A DNA stretch of 47,256 nucleotides. Origin: Neoconidiobolus thromboides FSU 785 (lineage: Eukaryota > Fungi > Entomophthoromycota). How positions within the stretch are numbered: position 1 is the first letter of the stretch; each line of letters begins with the position of its first letter. The notes under the pieces are model-generated. The model was not told the origin of the DNA. It was given only the letters and a program-made list of their open reading frames with translations, and searched no databases. The stretch spans positions 1 to 47,256 of the forward strand of contig MU626413.1 in the NCBI GenBank assembly GCA_025603075.1, given 5' to 3'. The translations under genes and the position numbers were made by a program. This document shows, one piece after another, positions 28,921 to 41,269 of the stretch.

Positions 28921-31112
28921 ATTATTAAAAAAACTCATTAGCGAAGTTTGATTTTATATCAAATTTTTACAGTTCTTTAGAGAATATTTTTAATTGTCGT
29001 GGGGACAGGGTAATAAAAAATTTGGAATCTGACTTTAGGTTTTGTTACCCAAACCAGTAAAATTAATACTTAAAGTGATCTTTTATTAGAAGGTTGAGAA
29101 AAATCTTTAGAGTAGAACCAGTAGAAAAAATTTATTGCTGTATTATTTTATTAGATTTTATTTAAGCCGAAATTGAAATGCCATAAAACAAAATGAATTT
29201 TAACAGGCTTGATCACTGCTGTTTATTTTCAAAAGAGCAGAGCTTTCTGCAAATTTAATTAAAACGTGAATAAATATCTGTATTTGCAGAATTCATTTGT
29301 GATGATTTGTTCTATTTTCTATTTATCAAATACAAAATGAAAATCCCAATTCATGCTTAAATTAAATTTATAGATAGCACTGCACTTTTGGAGCTAAAGA
29401 GCTGTTACCCTGTTATCAAGTCAAAATCTTAGGTTAAAATTTATTTGATTTACTTAAGCTCAAATGTGCACTAAGAACTGTTCATTTTATAGCAAAATTC
29501 AGATAAAATTAAGGATTAGGCTCTAAAAATCAAATAAACCAACAACTGACTCTAAAACTATCGCAAATTAGATTATAATAGAGATGCAACAGCTTCAAAG
29601 ACTTCTAGTTAATTAATTTGTAATAATGGTGATGATATTCTAGGCTAATTTTTAGCATAAAATAATAAGAACAAACATTAAGATGTTTCAAACATGAAAT
29701 TAGTTAATAAGTAATGAGTATGAAAACATATAAAACATTTATGTAGAGAATCCATAATTTTTTCATAGTTTCTGTTAATAAAGTGTTACCTATTTTAATA
29801 TATAACTTTCTACATCTATCTTAAATCACAAAGTTAATTAACTACTTTTATCATAAATGATGTATTACATTAAAATAGTCGAAACCCAACTTTATAATAA
29901 TAAATTCCTATTCACCTATATGCTCGTCTTATATAAATAAAACCTTAATGCTGGAAGATATTAATTTTTTTAAGTTAATAAAGCACACGGTTAATAAGCA
30001 TAAATTGAAATAAATACTTTAATATTTTAATTAGGGATTTTGAATTAACTAAAATTTTAATGATTTTAATAGAAAAGTGGGAGCATACAAAATAATTTGA
30101 TATAAAATTTGGGGAAAGTTTGGTTCGCTTATAAATTGAATAGAAAAAGGTGGGGAAGATAGGATTTTCTTAGTAAATGAGGGTATATAATTAATTATAT
30201 GCTAGTTTTATTTATCTATGAGCTAACATATTAATACATCAGCAATACATTGTTGGATTCTTATTAAAAAGAAATATTTAATATCTTGGGTATAAATAAC
30301 TGTTTGATACCAAAAAATAAATCTTAATTCAAAAATCACTCTTTAGGGGATGTGAAAAGTGATTGCATTAAGCTATATTTTATAAAGTTTAGATTCTTTC
30401 TTCAAAAAATGACAAGAATGACTACTGTTGTTATAATTAACTTTTTTAAGTATATAGAAAGAACAAACAAATAACTTATAATTTATATTGGGCAAAAATT
30501 TGAGATTTTTTATCTGACTCTTTTGTATTTAACTGAAATGAACTCAAAACGTTTTAAGTTACCAACATAATTTAACTAAAACTAATTTGCCTAATTACAC
30601 TTGATTCTTTTTACTATTAAAACTAGGTTATAAATATTTTTTTTGGGCTGGGATCTGAGGTAAAAAAATAAACGCTTTATATCCCTTGAATCATGTGTAT
30701 TGTTTTGCTAATCTAGCTAAATAGCCGCCACATAATATGTAAAAGCGATCTTTACATCCCTTTGTTAAAAATAAATTGAATGGAACAATAACCCTGATTG
30801 ATTTCTAATTATTAAGCGAAGTTTTTTAAAATCGACTTAAAGAATATCATAAAGAACTATATAATAATGACTAACATGAGATAATTATTACTTGGTGCCT
30901 TTAACTAAGAGTTATAACTTATCAATTACTCATTAATTGATGTTTAAAGTATTAAATTAATCTTTTAAGCTATTGAGAAAGTCTGTTTAATTAAAATTTT
31001 GTTAACAATAAAGTCACTTTTATTGGTGGAAATTTTGAATAAGAATTACAATGAAAGTAGTAAAATAAATTAATAATAGGGTACAAAGAATAGCCTAGAA
31101 GAGTATAATCGA

Positions 31113-32261
31113 TTAATAATCCGATTCAATTAAATCGATATAGCTATGGTGATTATTTCCGGCTGATGAGGATCCAATACCCTCATCAAAGTACATGGCT
31201 AACATATTATCTTTGTCAAACCTGGGCTCGCCAGGTAATAAGTCAAATATGGGGTTAGTTGGAGAAGAAAGGGAATGGCATGAATCTGAATAATATACTT
31301 CATCTTCAAAGTTTGATAAAGAAGCAGAGTCAATAGATATACTCAATGGAGCTTTTAGTTGAGTTGTATTGTTTGTTGTTGCTACATTTTCGTCTAATGG
31401 TTGTAGTTTTAAGAAATGAGTGCAGTTTTCTACTCTATATAATAGCTCTTCTAAGCTAATTCTATTTTCTGGGTCAATCTGTAATACATCTTTTAAGATA
31501 AGGTAAAAATCGTGCGATATTCCTAAAGTTTCATATAGGTATAATGGGTTCCTCAAATAAGCGACAAAAGCTTCATCTTCAATACAAGCTTGCTTCCATG
31601 GGTTCAATCCGCACATTACATTGATCATTATGATACCTAATGACCATACATCATTTTTAATTGTATTGAATCCGTGTCCCTTATCTTGTGATAGTATGTT
31701 ACATTCTGGTGACATATAACAAGCAGATCCACATCCATAATCATTAGAAATAATTTCGTCTGTAGATAATCCAAAGTCACCTAAACGTACTTCAAACCCG
31801 TCACCTGAAAGCATACAATTTTCAGGCTTCAAGTCACGATGATATATTCCTTTATTATGGCAATCAATAACTGCTAATATCACTTGTTTTATTAATTTTT
31901 TGTTTAATTGTATATTGTCTAATCTTTGCTGTACAGTTTGTCTAACTACAAATTCAAATAAATCCCCATGTTCGCAAAACTCCATAACAAGATAAAGAGC
32001 ATCTTCATCTTCAACAGTATCATAAAGATTGACAACATGATTTGATTCAGAAAGGATTTGATGAAAGTAAGCCTCAAGATCTTGAATTTTTCTTTCTCTT
32101 GGGTTCAAATCATTGCGTTTTAATTCTTTAATTGCTACCAATTCACCATTTGATATATCTTTACTTAAATAAATAGTGCCATTGGCACCGTACCCTAGCA
32201 TTTCTAAGACAAGATACCTATCATGTCCAATATATGTATCACCGTTGTTACTTGTTAGCAT
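31113..32261 (-). CDS. Ran1/Pat1 (Sks1/Vhs1-like) Ser/Thr protein kinase
   Basis: Intronless 382 aa. LGYGANG, AIK, HRDLKPEN, DFGLST...DYGCGSACYMSPEC, DVWSLGII and NPW are characteristic of the Ran1 subfamily. Confidence 0.9.
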   Translation of the reverse strand: MLTSNNGDTYIGHDRYLVLEMLGYGANGTIYLSKDISNGELVAIKELKRNDLNPRERKIQDLEAYFHQILSESNHVVNLYDTVEDEDALYLVMEFCEHGDLFEFVVRQTVQQRLDNIQLNKKLIKQVILAVIDCHNKGIYHRDLKPENCMLSGDGFEVRLGDFGLSTDEIISNDYGCGSACYMSPECNILSQDKGHGFNTIKNDVWSLGIIMINVMCGLNPWKQACIEDEAFVAYLRNPLYLYETLGISHDFYLILKDVLQIDPENRISLEELLYRVENCTHFLKLQPLDENVATTNNTTQLKAPLSISIDSASLSNFEDEVYYSDSCHSLSSPTNPIFDLLPGEPRFDKDNMLAMYFDEGIGSSSAGNNHHSYIDLIESDY

Positions 32262-34638
32262 TCTGTGTTGATGTTGTTAAATGCTTAAAATGACAATAAG
32301 TTTTATATCTCACACTAGCAAGAAATTAATAAATTAGGATTGATTGAGATTGAAAATTTAAAATGAAAGAGAATATAAAAAAATCTAATTGAGTTTGTTA
32401 CTATTTATATAATTTTTTTTAGGAGAGTTTTATTAAGCTTCGGAAATTTAATACCCACCCTGCATCTTATTTTTATCTTTTTTTTGGAATACCAAAAAAT
32501 CACTTTCCAAAAATAAGGGGAAATTCCAAATTTTCCTCAATCTTAATAAAATTAGGGACGTAATAATGAGCTTGGCTTGACTTTTTTGGCAATTAACTAG
32601 GGAGATTCCAAAGAATTAGCTGATGCGTTAACTCAGCTTAATTTAAAACAAATGAATGTTCCTTTAAAGTTATTTTATTGGCTCAACTTTGATTATTCTC
32701 CCTTATTGCAGGTTTCATTTGTAGTTTAGTAAGGTGTCCTAGATAATCTATTATTAAAAAGCCTAACTAGCTATTTGCTATAGTAGGTTTTTACATGAAT
32801 TAAAACAAGTATGACTTTTAAAAGCATCTAAGTTTGTTTTTTTACTGTAGATAAATAGCTATTGTACTTTTGCCATCAATTCGAGTAATAAGTGGTAGTG
32901 CATTAAGGAATATATGTAATTTATTTTGTATTTTATTATAGGTGTGTTGTATTGCTACAAAAAGAATTTGTAAGTAATTGCTAGATAATAGTTAGTTAAT
33001 ATTCTTTTATTTTATCAAAAATAACCTCTACCCCATACTTAGTGATATATTGAAGTAAGGGGCTTTTTATTTTGATTATAGAAATAATTTATTCTCTACG
33101 CTTTATCTAAAAACAAACTATTTAAGAGTTTAAGAGTGTGATTTCATCTATGATCCAACCAATAAGAGGACAAGATACTGAAATTTAACTTCTAGGCTTA
33201 TTTCTTTATTTGACTAAAGCGATTTTCTTAGTTGTTAAGTACTTGAGCCAATTAATTGTTCCTCCTCATTAGCTCTAAACCATTTATAGATTAGAGATTG
33301 ACTAAAAGACAAGAGTTGTACAGGTTGAAATGGGTATAGCGATAATTGATGGAATCATAGTTTAACTTGATATGTAAATTAAATATTTATTCAAGACATA
33401 ATAGATTTAATGTATTGAACCGGATAGTGGACACAAGTAAACCAAGCTCTTGACTTAATCATCATATTAATTTCGATTAATTTCAAAATAACTTGTACTC
33501 TATTCATTATGATCAAAAAATGTTCATGTTATGATATTAAAAAAATATTTTTTTAATTAATAAGTTTTATTTCATTTTTACATTATTTATTTTATTCACA
33601 TTTAATCACTTTTAAATCGTTTTATTACAATAACAATAGGAATTTTTTAAAAATTCAAAGTATTTTAGAACTTTGGGATAGTAGATTATGCTCTGAGATA
33701 TAAAATGGATCCATTTAATATGCTCTATATATTAAAAAGTTCCATGTTACATTAATGAAACCCATCAATTAGAGCTTTTTAAATATCTTAAAAATTAGTA
33801 CAAAATAGTCCACATACTTAAAAGCTAAATAACTAATAGCAAATTATTTCAAAAATTCCATAATAACTTGGGTGCTTGAAACAACAAGCTTTTAAATAGA
33901 TTGTAATGAGCTAGCAGCCTATATATTTAAAAAAGAATAAGCTAATTTGGGATTTGTAAGATGGCTTCTAGAGTAGACTTTTTTATTGGGCAAGAAAATA
34001 GGTAGGTTATTGATTGCAACAACAAACATTTTTTTATCTCTAAAAACAAGATATTTTTGATGTAAAAAAAATTCATCTGTAGCAACTATATATTCTTAAT
34101 AATAGGGATTTGTCCAAGAAGGGAGATTACTTTATAAACAACCTTATATTAATATATATAATTGAAGTGTATAAACTTCAATATAAACACTACTAATTAA
34201 ATATTTATACTTGCATATTATTGCTTTTAAAAAACCCCAAATTTTCATAAAAAGGCAATTTATGTGTAATAAATCAAGGTAAATATTAATTCTGGAACTT
34301 TGGTTATTTTTCAATTAACCCCTATTTTGTGAAAAAAATAACCCCAAATTTAAAACCCAGCTTTTAATCAATCCTAAACAAATTCATTTTTTATATTACA
34401 ATACCTGTTTAAAAAGAATGGTTTTAGGCTAAGGTTGAGTCGAAGTTGGTTTTAAAATACTATCATCATAGCTTAGTCCTAAGTGCCTGTAACAAAATAA
34501 CCAAGGGCTTTAATACGAGATTATCGAGTTTTTGAAAAGACAGCAATTAGTATTTAAAATAGCAATCCATATAGGGACTAACATTTAGCGGAACCATTAA
34601 CAAATAAACTTATCTTAAAGTTTGTATTAATATTATAT

Positions 34639-34737
34639 GGGGATGTATTTTTTCATTCAAGAATTTTGTTAAAAACCTTTCCACTTAAATAACGTTTAAA
34701 AGATGGAAAAAGTAATGAAATCAGAAAAAACATCCCC
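34639..34737 (+). mobile_element. MITE copy h (99 bp)
   Basis: GGGGATGTATTTTT...AAAAAACATCCCC, best-preserved TIR pair, ATAT on both sides. Confidence 0.92.
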
Positions 34738-34786
34738 ATATAGCCTATTTTTTATAAAAGTTAGCTTAACTTAATAAGCTACTTGT

Positions 34787-34880
34787 GGGGATGTGTTTTT
34801 TTGTCTGAATTTTACTAACAATCTTTTATTCAAATAGTGCTTAAAAATGGAAAAAGTAATGAAATCAAAAAAACATCCCT
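34787..34880 (+). mobile_element. MITE copy i (94 bp), 49 bp downstream of copy h
   Basis: GGGGATGTGTTTTT...AAAAAAACATCCCT. Flanks do not match each other (TTGT / TCAT). Confidence 0.85.
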
Positions 34881-36249
34881 TCATGATAAGAATATTATAA
34901 TAGTTCATACTTAAAGCACGACTTAAAGTTCGATAATCATAATTTGTAAAAGCTTTTTGAAAAAGTGGTTATAGCCTAGACGTTACATTCAATATATTAT
35001 AATCATTATAATTCAGAAACTTGAAAATTACCGCTTTTATCTATAGCAACCAAGTTTTTCCTGCAATATATTTACAGTGGTTATTATTTAAATATTTTCA
35101 GTAAATATTGCTCAGTGATAACACAATTGAATATTTGAAAATAATTTCAACGATAATCTAACGGTTCTTAACAAATTTCTAATTATTAAGAAATTTGCTT
35201 TTGAACGCAAATGCATAAATTTTGAACAAAAAACATACAAAAACATAAAAATGCATCATTATGTGGTACCTGTTTCGATCATTTTTTCTATTTTTGTTTT
35301 TATTATTCGGTTATACATACATAAATCTATTTATTTTATAGCCTTTTCTCACTGTTGAGAGCCACTAGAAGTTGTTGTTTAAACCTTTTTTAAGATGTTC
35401 AATTGTATCATTACTATCGATAATATTTTTTTGAAGATACTAATAAATTCATTTCATCCCTATTTTATGCATCTCAAAATTTACCTAAGCTCGACTTTTT
35501 AATATAATGTTGTATAAACAATCATAAAATAAAAGATTAATCAATAGTTCTATTTAATTACATTACATAGTTTAGTGTATGAAATTTATTTTGCCTTCAG
35601 CTTACTCTTATGACTTGCTAAGGTTATTTACCTCCTAGATTAAGGGGACTTTTAGTTATTAATTAAACATCAAAATTTTAAATTTTAGCCTTAGCCATCA
35701 GGTTATTCCAAGTAATTAAAATAATTTTTTTTTAAATTTAATTACTTTGAAAACTTCAAAAAATATTTTATTTTATTGATTTTTAACAATATGGACTAAA
35801 GCTGAAATACCAAACTAAAGTGATGCCAATATCCCCCAAGTCCACATTGCTTTCAATATCTCCTATTTTATCTTATCAGTTAGTTTTAAGAGCGATTATA
35901 AAATTGAAAGTTGATTAAAATTTGGAATTTAAAACAGAAACGAAACTGCAAAAATTGCATATTTTTTGGAATTTAAAAATACCTTATTTTAAAACCGTTA
36001 TGATTAGGGGATGTTTGACATTTTTTTGACCAATATTAGAATAATGCTAACAAAAAATATTGCTTTTAACTTTCCTCTCTAAAATGACTAATAGTACTTT
36101 GAAAATTAGTTTAAAAGACAACCGAAAATATAAAAGGTTGGGCTAAGAAGTTTAAAAAGTCCCCTAATTTTTAATTCTATGATAAGACATAATTAGTAGT
36201 GAGCCGAAATTTTTAAAAAGGGCATCTACAATGATGCACAAATCTATTT

Positions 36250-36323
36250 GGGGAGAGTTTTTTGGCTTCATCACTTCTATTTTTTAAGGGTTATTTGAGT
36301 AGGAAAGTTCGTATTACTTCTTA
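36250..36323 (-). mobile_element. MITE copy j (partial, diverged, inverted)
   Basis: GGGGAGAGTTTTTTGGCTTCATCACTTCTATTTTTTAAGGGTTATTTGAGTAGGAAAG is the reverse complement of the consensus 3' two-thirds. Confidence 0.6.
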
Positions 36324-36554
36324 AAAAAATGGGGTATATTTTTTTAAGCAAAAGTTGCAATGAACGAATCCTCAAGTTTATAAAACAAGTAAAGTTAAAA
36401 AATAAAGTTTTAATGAATTTAATATTGTTTTTAATATTGTTTTTAATAATTAGTTTATTAAGTTATTTGTTATTTTTAAAACTATTGTTACAATTTATTA
36501 GTAAAAAATTAACCAAAGAAAAGATAAGAATCCATATTCCAAGACGCTATAGTT

Positions 36555-38615
36555 ATGGTTAAAACTTGCTTTTGTAAAACTACAAGTTGGAAAGGGAAAT
36601 GGGTTATTGGTTTAAAAGTCGGGAAGTCTTATTTAATTACTCAAAGTGTAGATTATGAGGTATGTATATTTTTCGTTTTAAATGGTAATGTTTTAGATGT
36701 AGCTTTTTTAATTAAATGAACTGTTTTAGATGGATGAATTAATTTCTTTAATCCGAACAAAACAGGAGTATTTAAAAAAGTATAAAGAACTGAGTTACCC
36801 CATTGTAATTATAGGGGGTTATAAAGAAAAAATAGATAGTAAGCTTCTTTTTGTTCCGACGAGAACAGATCTAAATGTTTTAGGATATGACTTTAAAGAA
36901 ATAGAGCTATTATTTGAGTTAGATAAAGCTAAATCAAAATATCAGCTTAATTCAAATGAAGAAATCATAAAGTTAATTTACGTGAAGAAGGGTTTTTACT
37001 CTCTGGATTTTCAAAATTATTTCAAAAACGATAGTCCAACAAACAAAGAGTTTGATTTAAAGCAAGTATTTTTGTTAGTAAGACTATATTTATAATAATG
37101 AAATAAATAGTAATTTGCTTTAGATTAATAACTTTAAATATTTAAAATTGGAATTTAATCACGAACTAATGAACCCAGAATTAATTCCATTTCCTAATGT
37201 TGAAAAACAACAATTCAGTAGTTTAGGTATTTTATGTTTTATATAAAATTTCATTTATTAATCAATTAGTTTCTATCATTAAATATAACTATAAAAGTTT
37301 CAAATATATAGCCAAGAACCGAAAGTTATTATATCAGAAGCATCAACTAGTAACTGAAGCCATTTATTACCACCAGCTTAAATACATGGATTTAGTCATC
37401 ACTTTGATTCTAAATTCTATTGTTGTTTATTTTGTCATTTATTTCATCAGCTTAAATAAATACAGGATTGGTCGTAAAATTTGTTCTTTAATACAAGTAA
37501 GGTTTTATTTATTTATGACCAGTTCATTTTTAACCTTTATTAAAGAGGTTTACGGTAGAAAACATTAAGGAGCTAATTGGCTGGCTACAAGGCGAGCCAG
37601 CTGGTCTAAAATTAAATTCCGGATTAACTAAATTCCTTGGACAACTGTTTTTATGTGTTATCTATCCATTTATAGGTAATACTATTGTATTAATACAAAG
37701 TAAAGTAATATAATGATTAGAGTTATCGGATATATGGCCAAGTTATATAAATTTTCTACTAAATTTCGCAATAATAATCTCTATATTATTTGGTCTTAGT
37801 GGATTATTAGCTTTTTCAATGGATTTGTTTTCTTTGATCTGTTTACATTTAAATTGGTTTTATCTATTAGCCTCAAAATTATTTCATTGGCATTTAAATA
37901 TAAATCTGAGTTTATTTAATTTATTTATAGGTATGTAACTAATAACATGATTTAATAGTCTAGTATATAATTAATATTATTAGGTAAACGTTATAATCCA
38001 TTAAGAGATCGATTTGATCAATGTCAATATAATATGGATCAGCTTACGCTTGGTACTTTATTATTTACAGTATCTGCTTTCTTATTCCCAACTATTTTTG
38101 TTTATTATTTAGCTTCATTATTAGTAATATTCGTTGATAATAATAGTTTAATTGATAATCTAATTTTACTAAATTAGGCAAAATTAAGCATGCTAGTAGT
38201 ACTATGTATTATTCAATTAATTTCTGTTATATGGCTAAAATTCCCTTTCTTTTCTATTTATCTAAAACTTTTTTGTCCTTCTTTACTACCAGGTATTTTA
38301 TATATTTATTTTATATCACATTATTTAATAATTATAAAAGGTGGGGTCAAGTTATCCCCAATTGAATTTCAACGTCAATTTAGATATATTAATACTACGA
38401 ACATACATTATTTCCATTTTCAAGTAAATATTATTATTAATCATTATTTAGTTAAATTTACATATTAGCCCGTTTCTATTCCTCTGCTTAAAATCTTATC
38501 ATTTGTCCCCCACTTAACATGCTATTTTAACTCCTACCTCATTAATAACCGTATCCTAAATTCATTACTTTGTGGTAAAGCTATCCCTCCTTTTGAACCT
38601 TTGTTCTTTTATTAA
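36555..38615 (+). CDS. GPI1: GPI-GlcNAc transferase subunit Gpi1/PIG-Q, multi-exon
   Basis: Spliced exons give WLQGEPAGLKLNSGLTKFLGQLFL and GKRYNPLRDRFDQCQYNMDQLTLGTLLFT...LFPT (Gpi1 domain motifs). First exon ATG 36555-36659; last exon ends LLCGKAIPPFEPLFFY* at 38615. Confidence 0.85.
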
Positions 38616-40344
38616 ACTATTAGTTTTTTGTCTAATTTTATTTGTCAGTATATTGGTATTACAGTTTATTATTATAGTTGTATATTTCAATATTATTTAC
38701 TTGTAACTTGATTTTATTATTAATTTCTTATAAGTTTTAACTTATATTAAATTAGTTTGACTCTCCAATTATAGGAATTTCAACGTTTACTTTTTATACT
38801 CGAAGCATAATCAAATTTAAAAATAGTTTAAAACATTTAAACCACGATTAATCGGATGAGCTAACATTAAATCCGGCTGGCAATTCATTTATAAACTGAA
38901 ACCTAGTTTCTCATAAAACTTTGACAATAAATTATTATTAATATTACAATAAAATATCAAGCTTAAAACCTTGTCACCTCGGATTTAGTAAGTTTTTAAA
39001 AGAAAGAGGAGTTTAAAGAATCAAATAAATTTCCTTCAAGTTTACCCATGGCTTGTTTCATTATGGCTAGGTATTTAATTCCGCCAATTGTTTAAGAATC
39101 CTTTGAGCTTACTTAAGCGAATAAACTTAAAGACTTTATAATAATTGAGGGGAGCTTAATTTTTTTCAATATTTTGTTTATTAAGTTTAATTTTCGGATT
39201 AATAGACTGTTTGTTTATCTTACAAAACAATTCTAATTTATTAATATGTTTATTTTATAAATTTAACCCATGTCTTGCATACTATTAAGTAAACTCTTGC
39301 TTTGTTAAGGCTTATATTTGTTTTTTAAAAAACAAATGTTTCGAGTATTTAATCATACTTAATAAGCTAACTTTAATTTATTAGTAATTAATAATTAGTA
39401 ACACTACCATATAATCAAAAAATTTAATTAACAAATCTATTGATCTTATAAAGTTCAAGTTTAGCTCAAATTTACTGTTAATAATTAGAATTAATTTACC
39501 GAATTTAATAAATGGAAAGTTTACTATCTTTTTTTACCATGATACTTTCATTATATAACAAAATTTATTTTGAATTCGACAATAGTGATCAATTAAATTT
39601 AAGGATTTCATCAAGCACATTAAAAAAATATGGTGTAGTTTAGGTTTCATTTACAATTCTAACTTAGAGCTTGAAAATGGTTCTACTTTTTACTTCCACC
39701 AATCATTCTAGCTTATTGAATCTAATTTTAGGTCTTTTATAACCTAAAACCTCAATTTAATAATTAGAAGACAGAGCTACTTCTTGTTAAACTTTGAATA
39801 AATGCTCATATCGAATTTTTGCAACCAAAACTTAAACCCTAATTCTTATTTTTTTTTGAAAAAATACTAGTTAAAATTGCAACTTGTGCAATTGATCCCC
39901 AATCAAAGTGGAGTACCTTTATAGTCAGCTGCTTTGAAATTGTTCACTTCGAAGGTGATATCAGTTAATTATGAACTGAATTTGGAATATTTTAATTTGA
40001 TTGGTAGATAGCGATTAAAAAAAGAAATTCTCCTTTTAAACCAAGTAAAAGTAAAAGTCAACTTTTTTTAAAGGGAAAGTCAAGCTAAACGTTTAATCAC
40101 CTACTTTTAATTACCATAATTTTTAAAACCCTTTTATCCTCGTAAGCGAACTCTCACTTTTTTCAACTTGTATATTAATTAGTTAAGAGTTGTTTATTTA
40201 TCCAATTTAACTTTCCATTTTAATTATTGCTTTTAAAAGTAAGTGTATTTATTTGAGAATTAAATTTAGAAAGATATATCATTTAACTCAATTATATAAT
40301 ACAAGCAACTCTCTTTTTGATCAAATATATTAATTCTTGAATAG

Positions 40345-41269
40345 ATGTTGTTATATAAAATAGTAGTACTCGGTGATGGTGGTGTTGGGAAGGTAAATTA
40401 ATCGAAATTTGGATTATTAAGATTCTAATTTCTTTTTTATATTATCTTATTTAGACGGCGCTAACGATTCAGGTAACTAATTTTTTAACTCATCTAAGCC
40501 TAGCTTTAACCCTTTTTAATAGCTTTGTTTAAATCATTTCGTCGGTAAGATAATTACAAAATAGCATCAAATTAATTTAACTTGGTTTTATTTATTTAAA
40601 TTATAACTTCCATTACTTTTCTTTAGAGGTAGTTACTCCTTCTTTTTAGGTTTTTTAAGTTATTTACTCATATTGTTTAGACATATGATCCAACGATTGA
40701 AGATTCTTACCGAAAGCAAGTTGTAATTGATGATCAAGCATGTGTATTAGAGGTTTTAGATACTGCCGGACAAGGTAAAATTGAAATTTATGTAGCTCTA
40801 AAATAAACTAACAACTTTAAAGAGGAATATACTGCGTTAAGAGATCAATGGATTAGGTATATAATAGGTTTAGACAAAAAAATAACGAATTAAAATTGAA
40901 ATTAGAGATGGTGAAGGATTTTTGTTAGTATATTCTATCACTTCTCGTTCCACTTTTGAACGAGTAGAACGTTATCATGAACAGATTCTTAGAGTAAAGG
41001 ACAATGAATTTTCACCTATGATTTTGGTTGGTAACAAAGCAGATAAAGCAACTGAAAGGGAAGTAGCACGTGAAGAAGGAGTGACTATGGCAAGACGCTT
41101 AAACTGTGAATTTATAGAATCTAGTGCTAAAGCATGCATCAATGTAGAGATGGCGTTTTATCAAGTAGTACGATTGATAAGAGCGGATCAAGGATTTAAT
41201 GAGCCCCCTAAACGCATAGGGTCGATTAATCGACCTGGTAAAAAGTCACGCAAATGCTTAGCGCTTTAA
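40345..41269 (+). CDS. RAS2: Ras-family GTPase of the fungal Ras2 clade; 7 coding exons including 18-, 22- and 2-nt exons
   Basis: Reconstructed [43 protein letters not shown]...[22 protein letters not shown]...NKAD...ESSAK...CLAL*. LCLNHFVETYDPT and DQWIR mark fungal Ras2. Confidence 0.92.

Noticed and set aside
33029-33062. Hairpin CCCCATACTT...AAGTAAGGGG (and AGCTGA...TCAGCT at ~32618-32638)
   Set aside because: Short imperfect stems expected by chance, with no further support.
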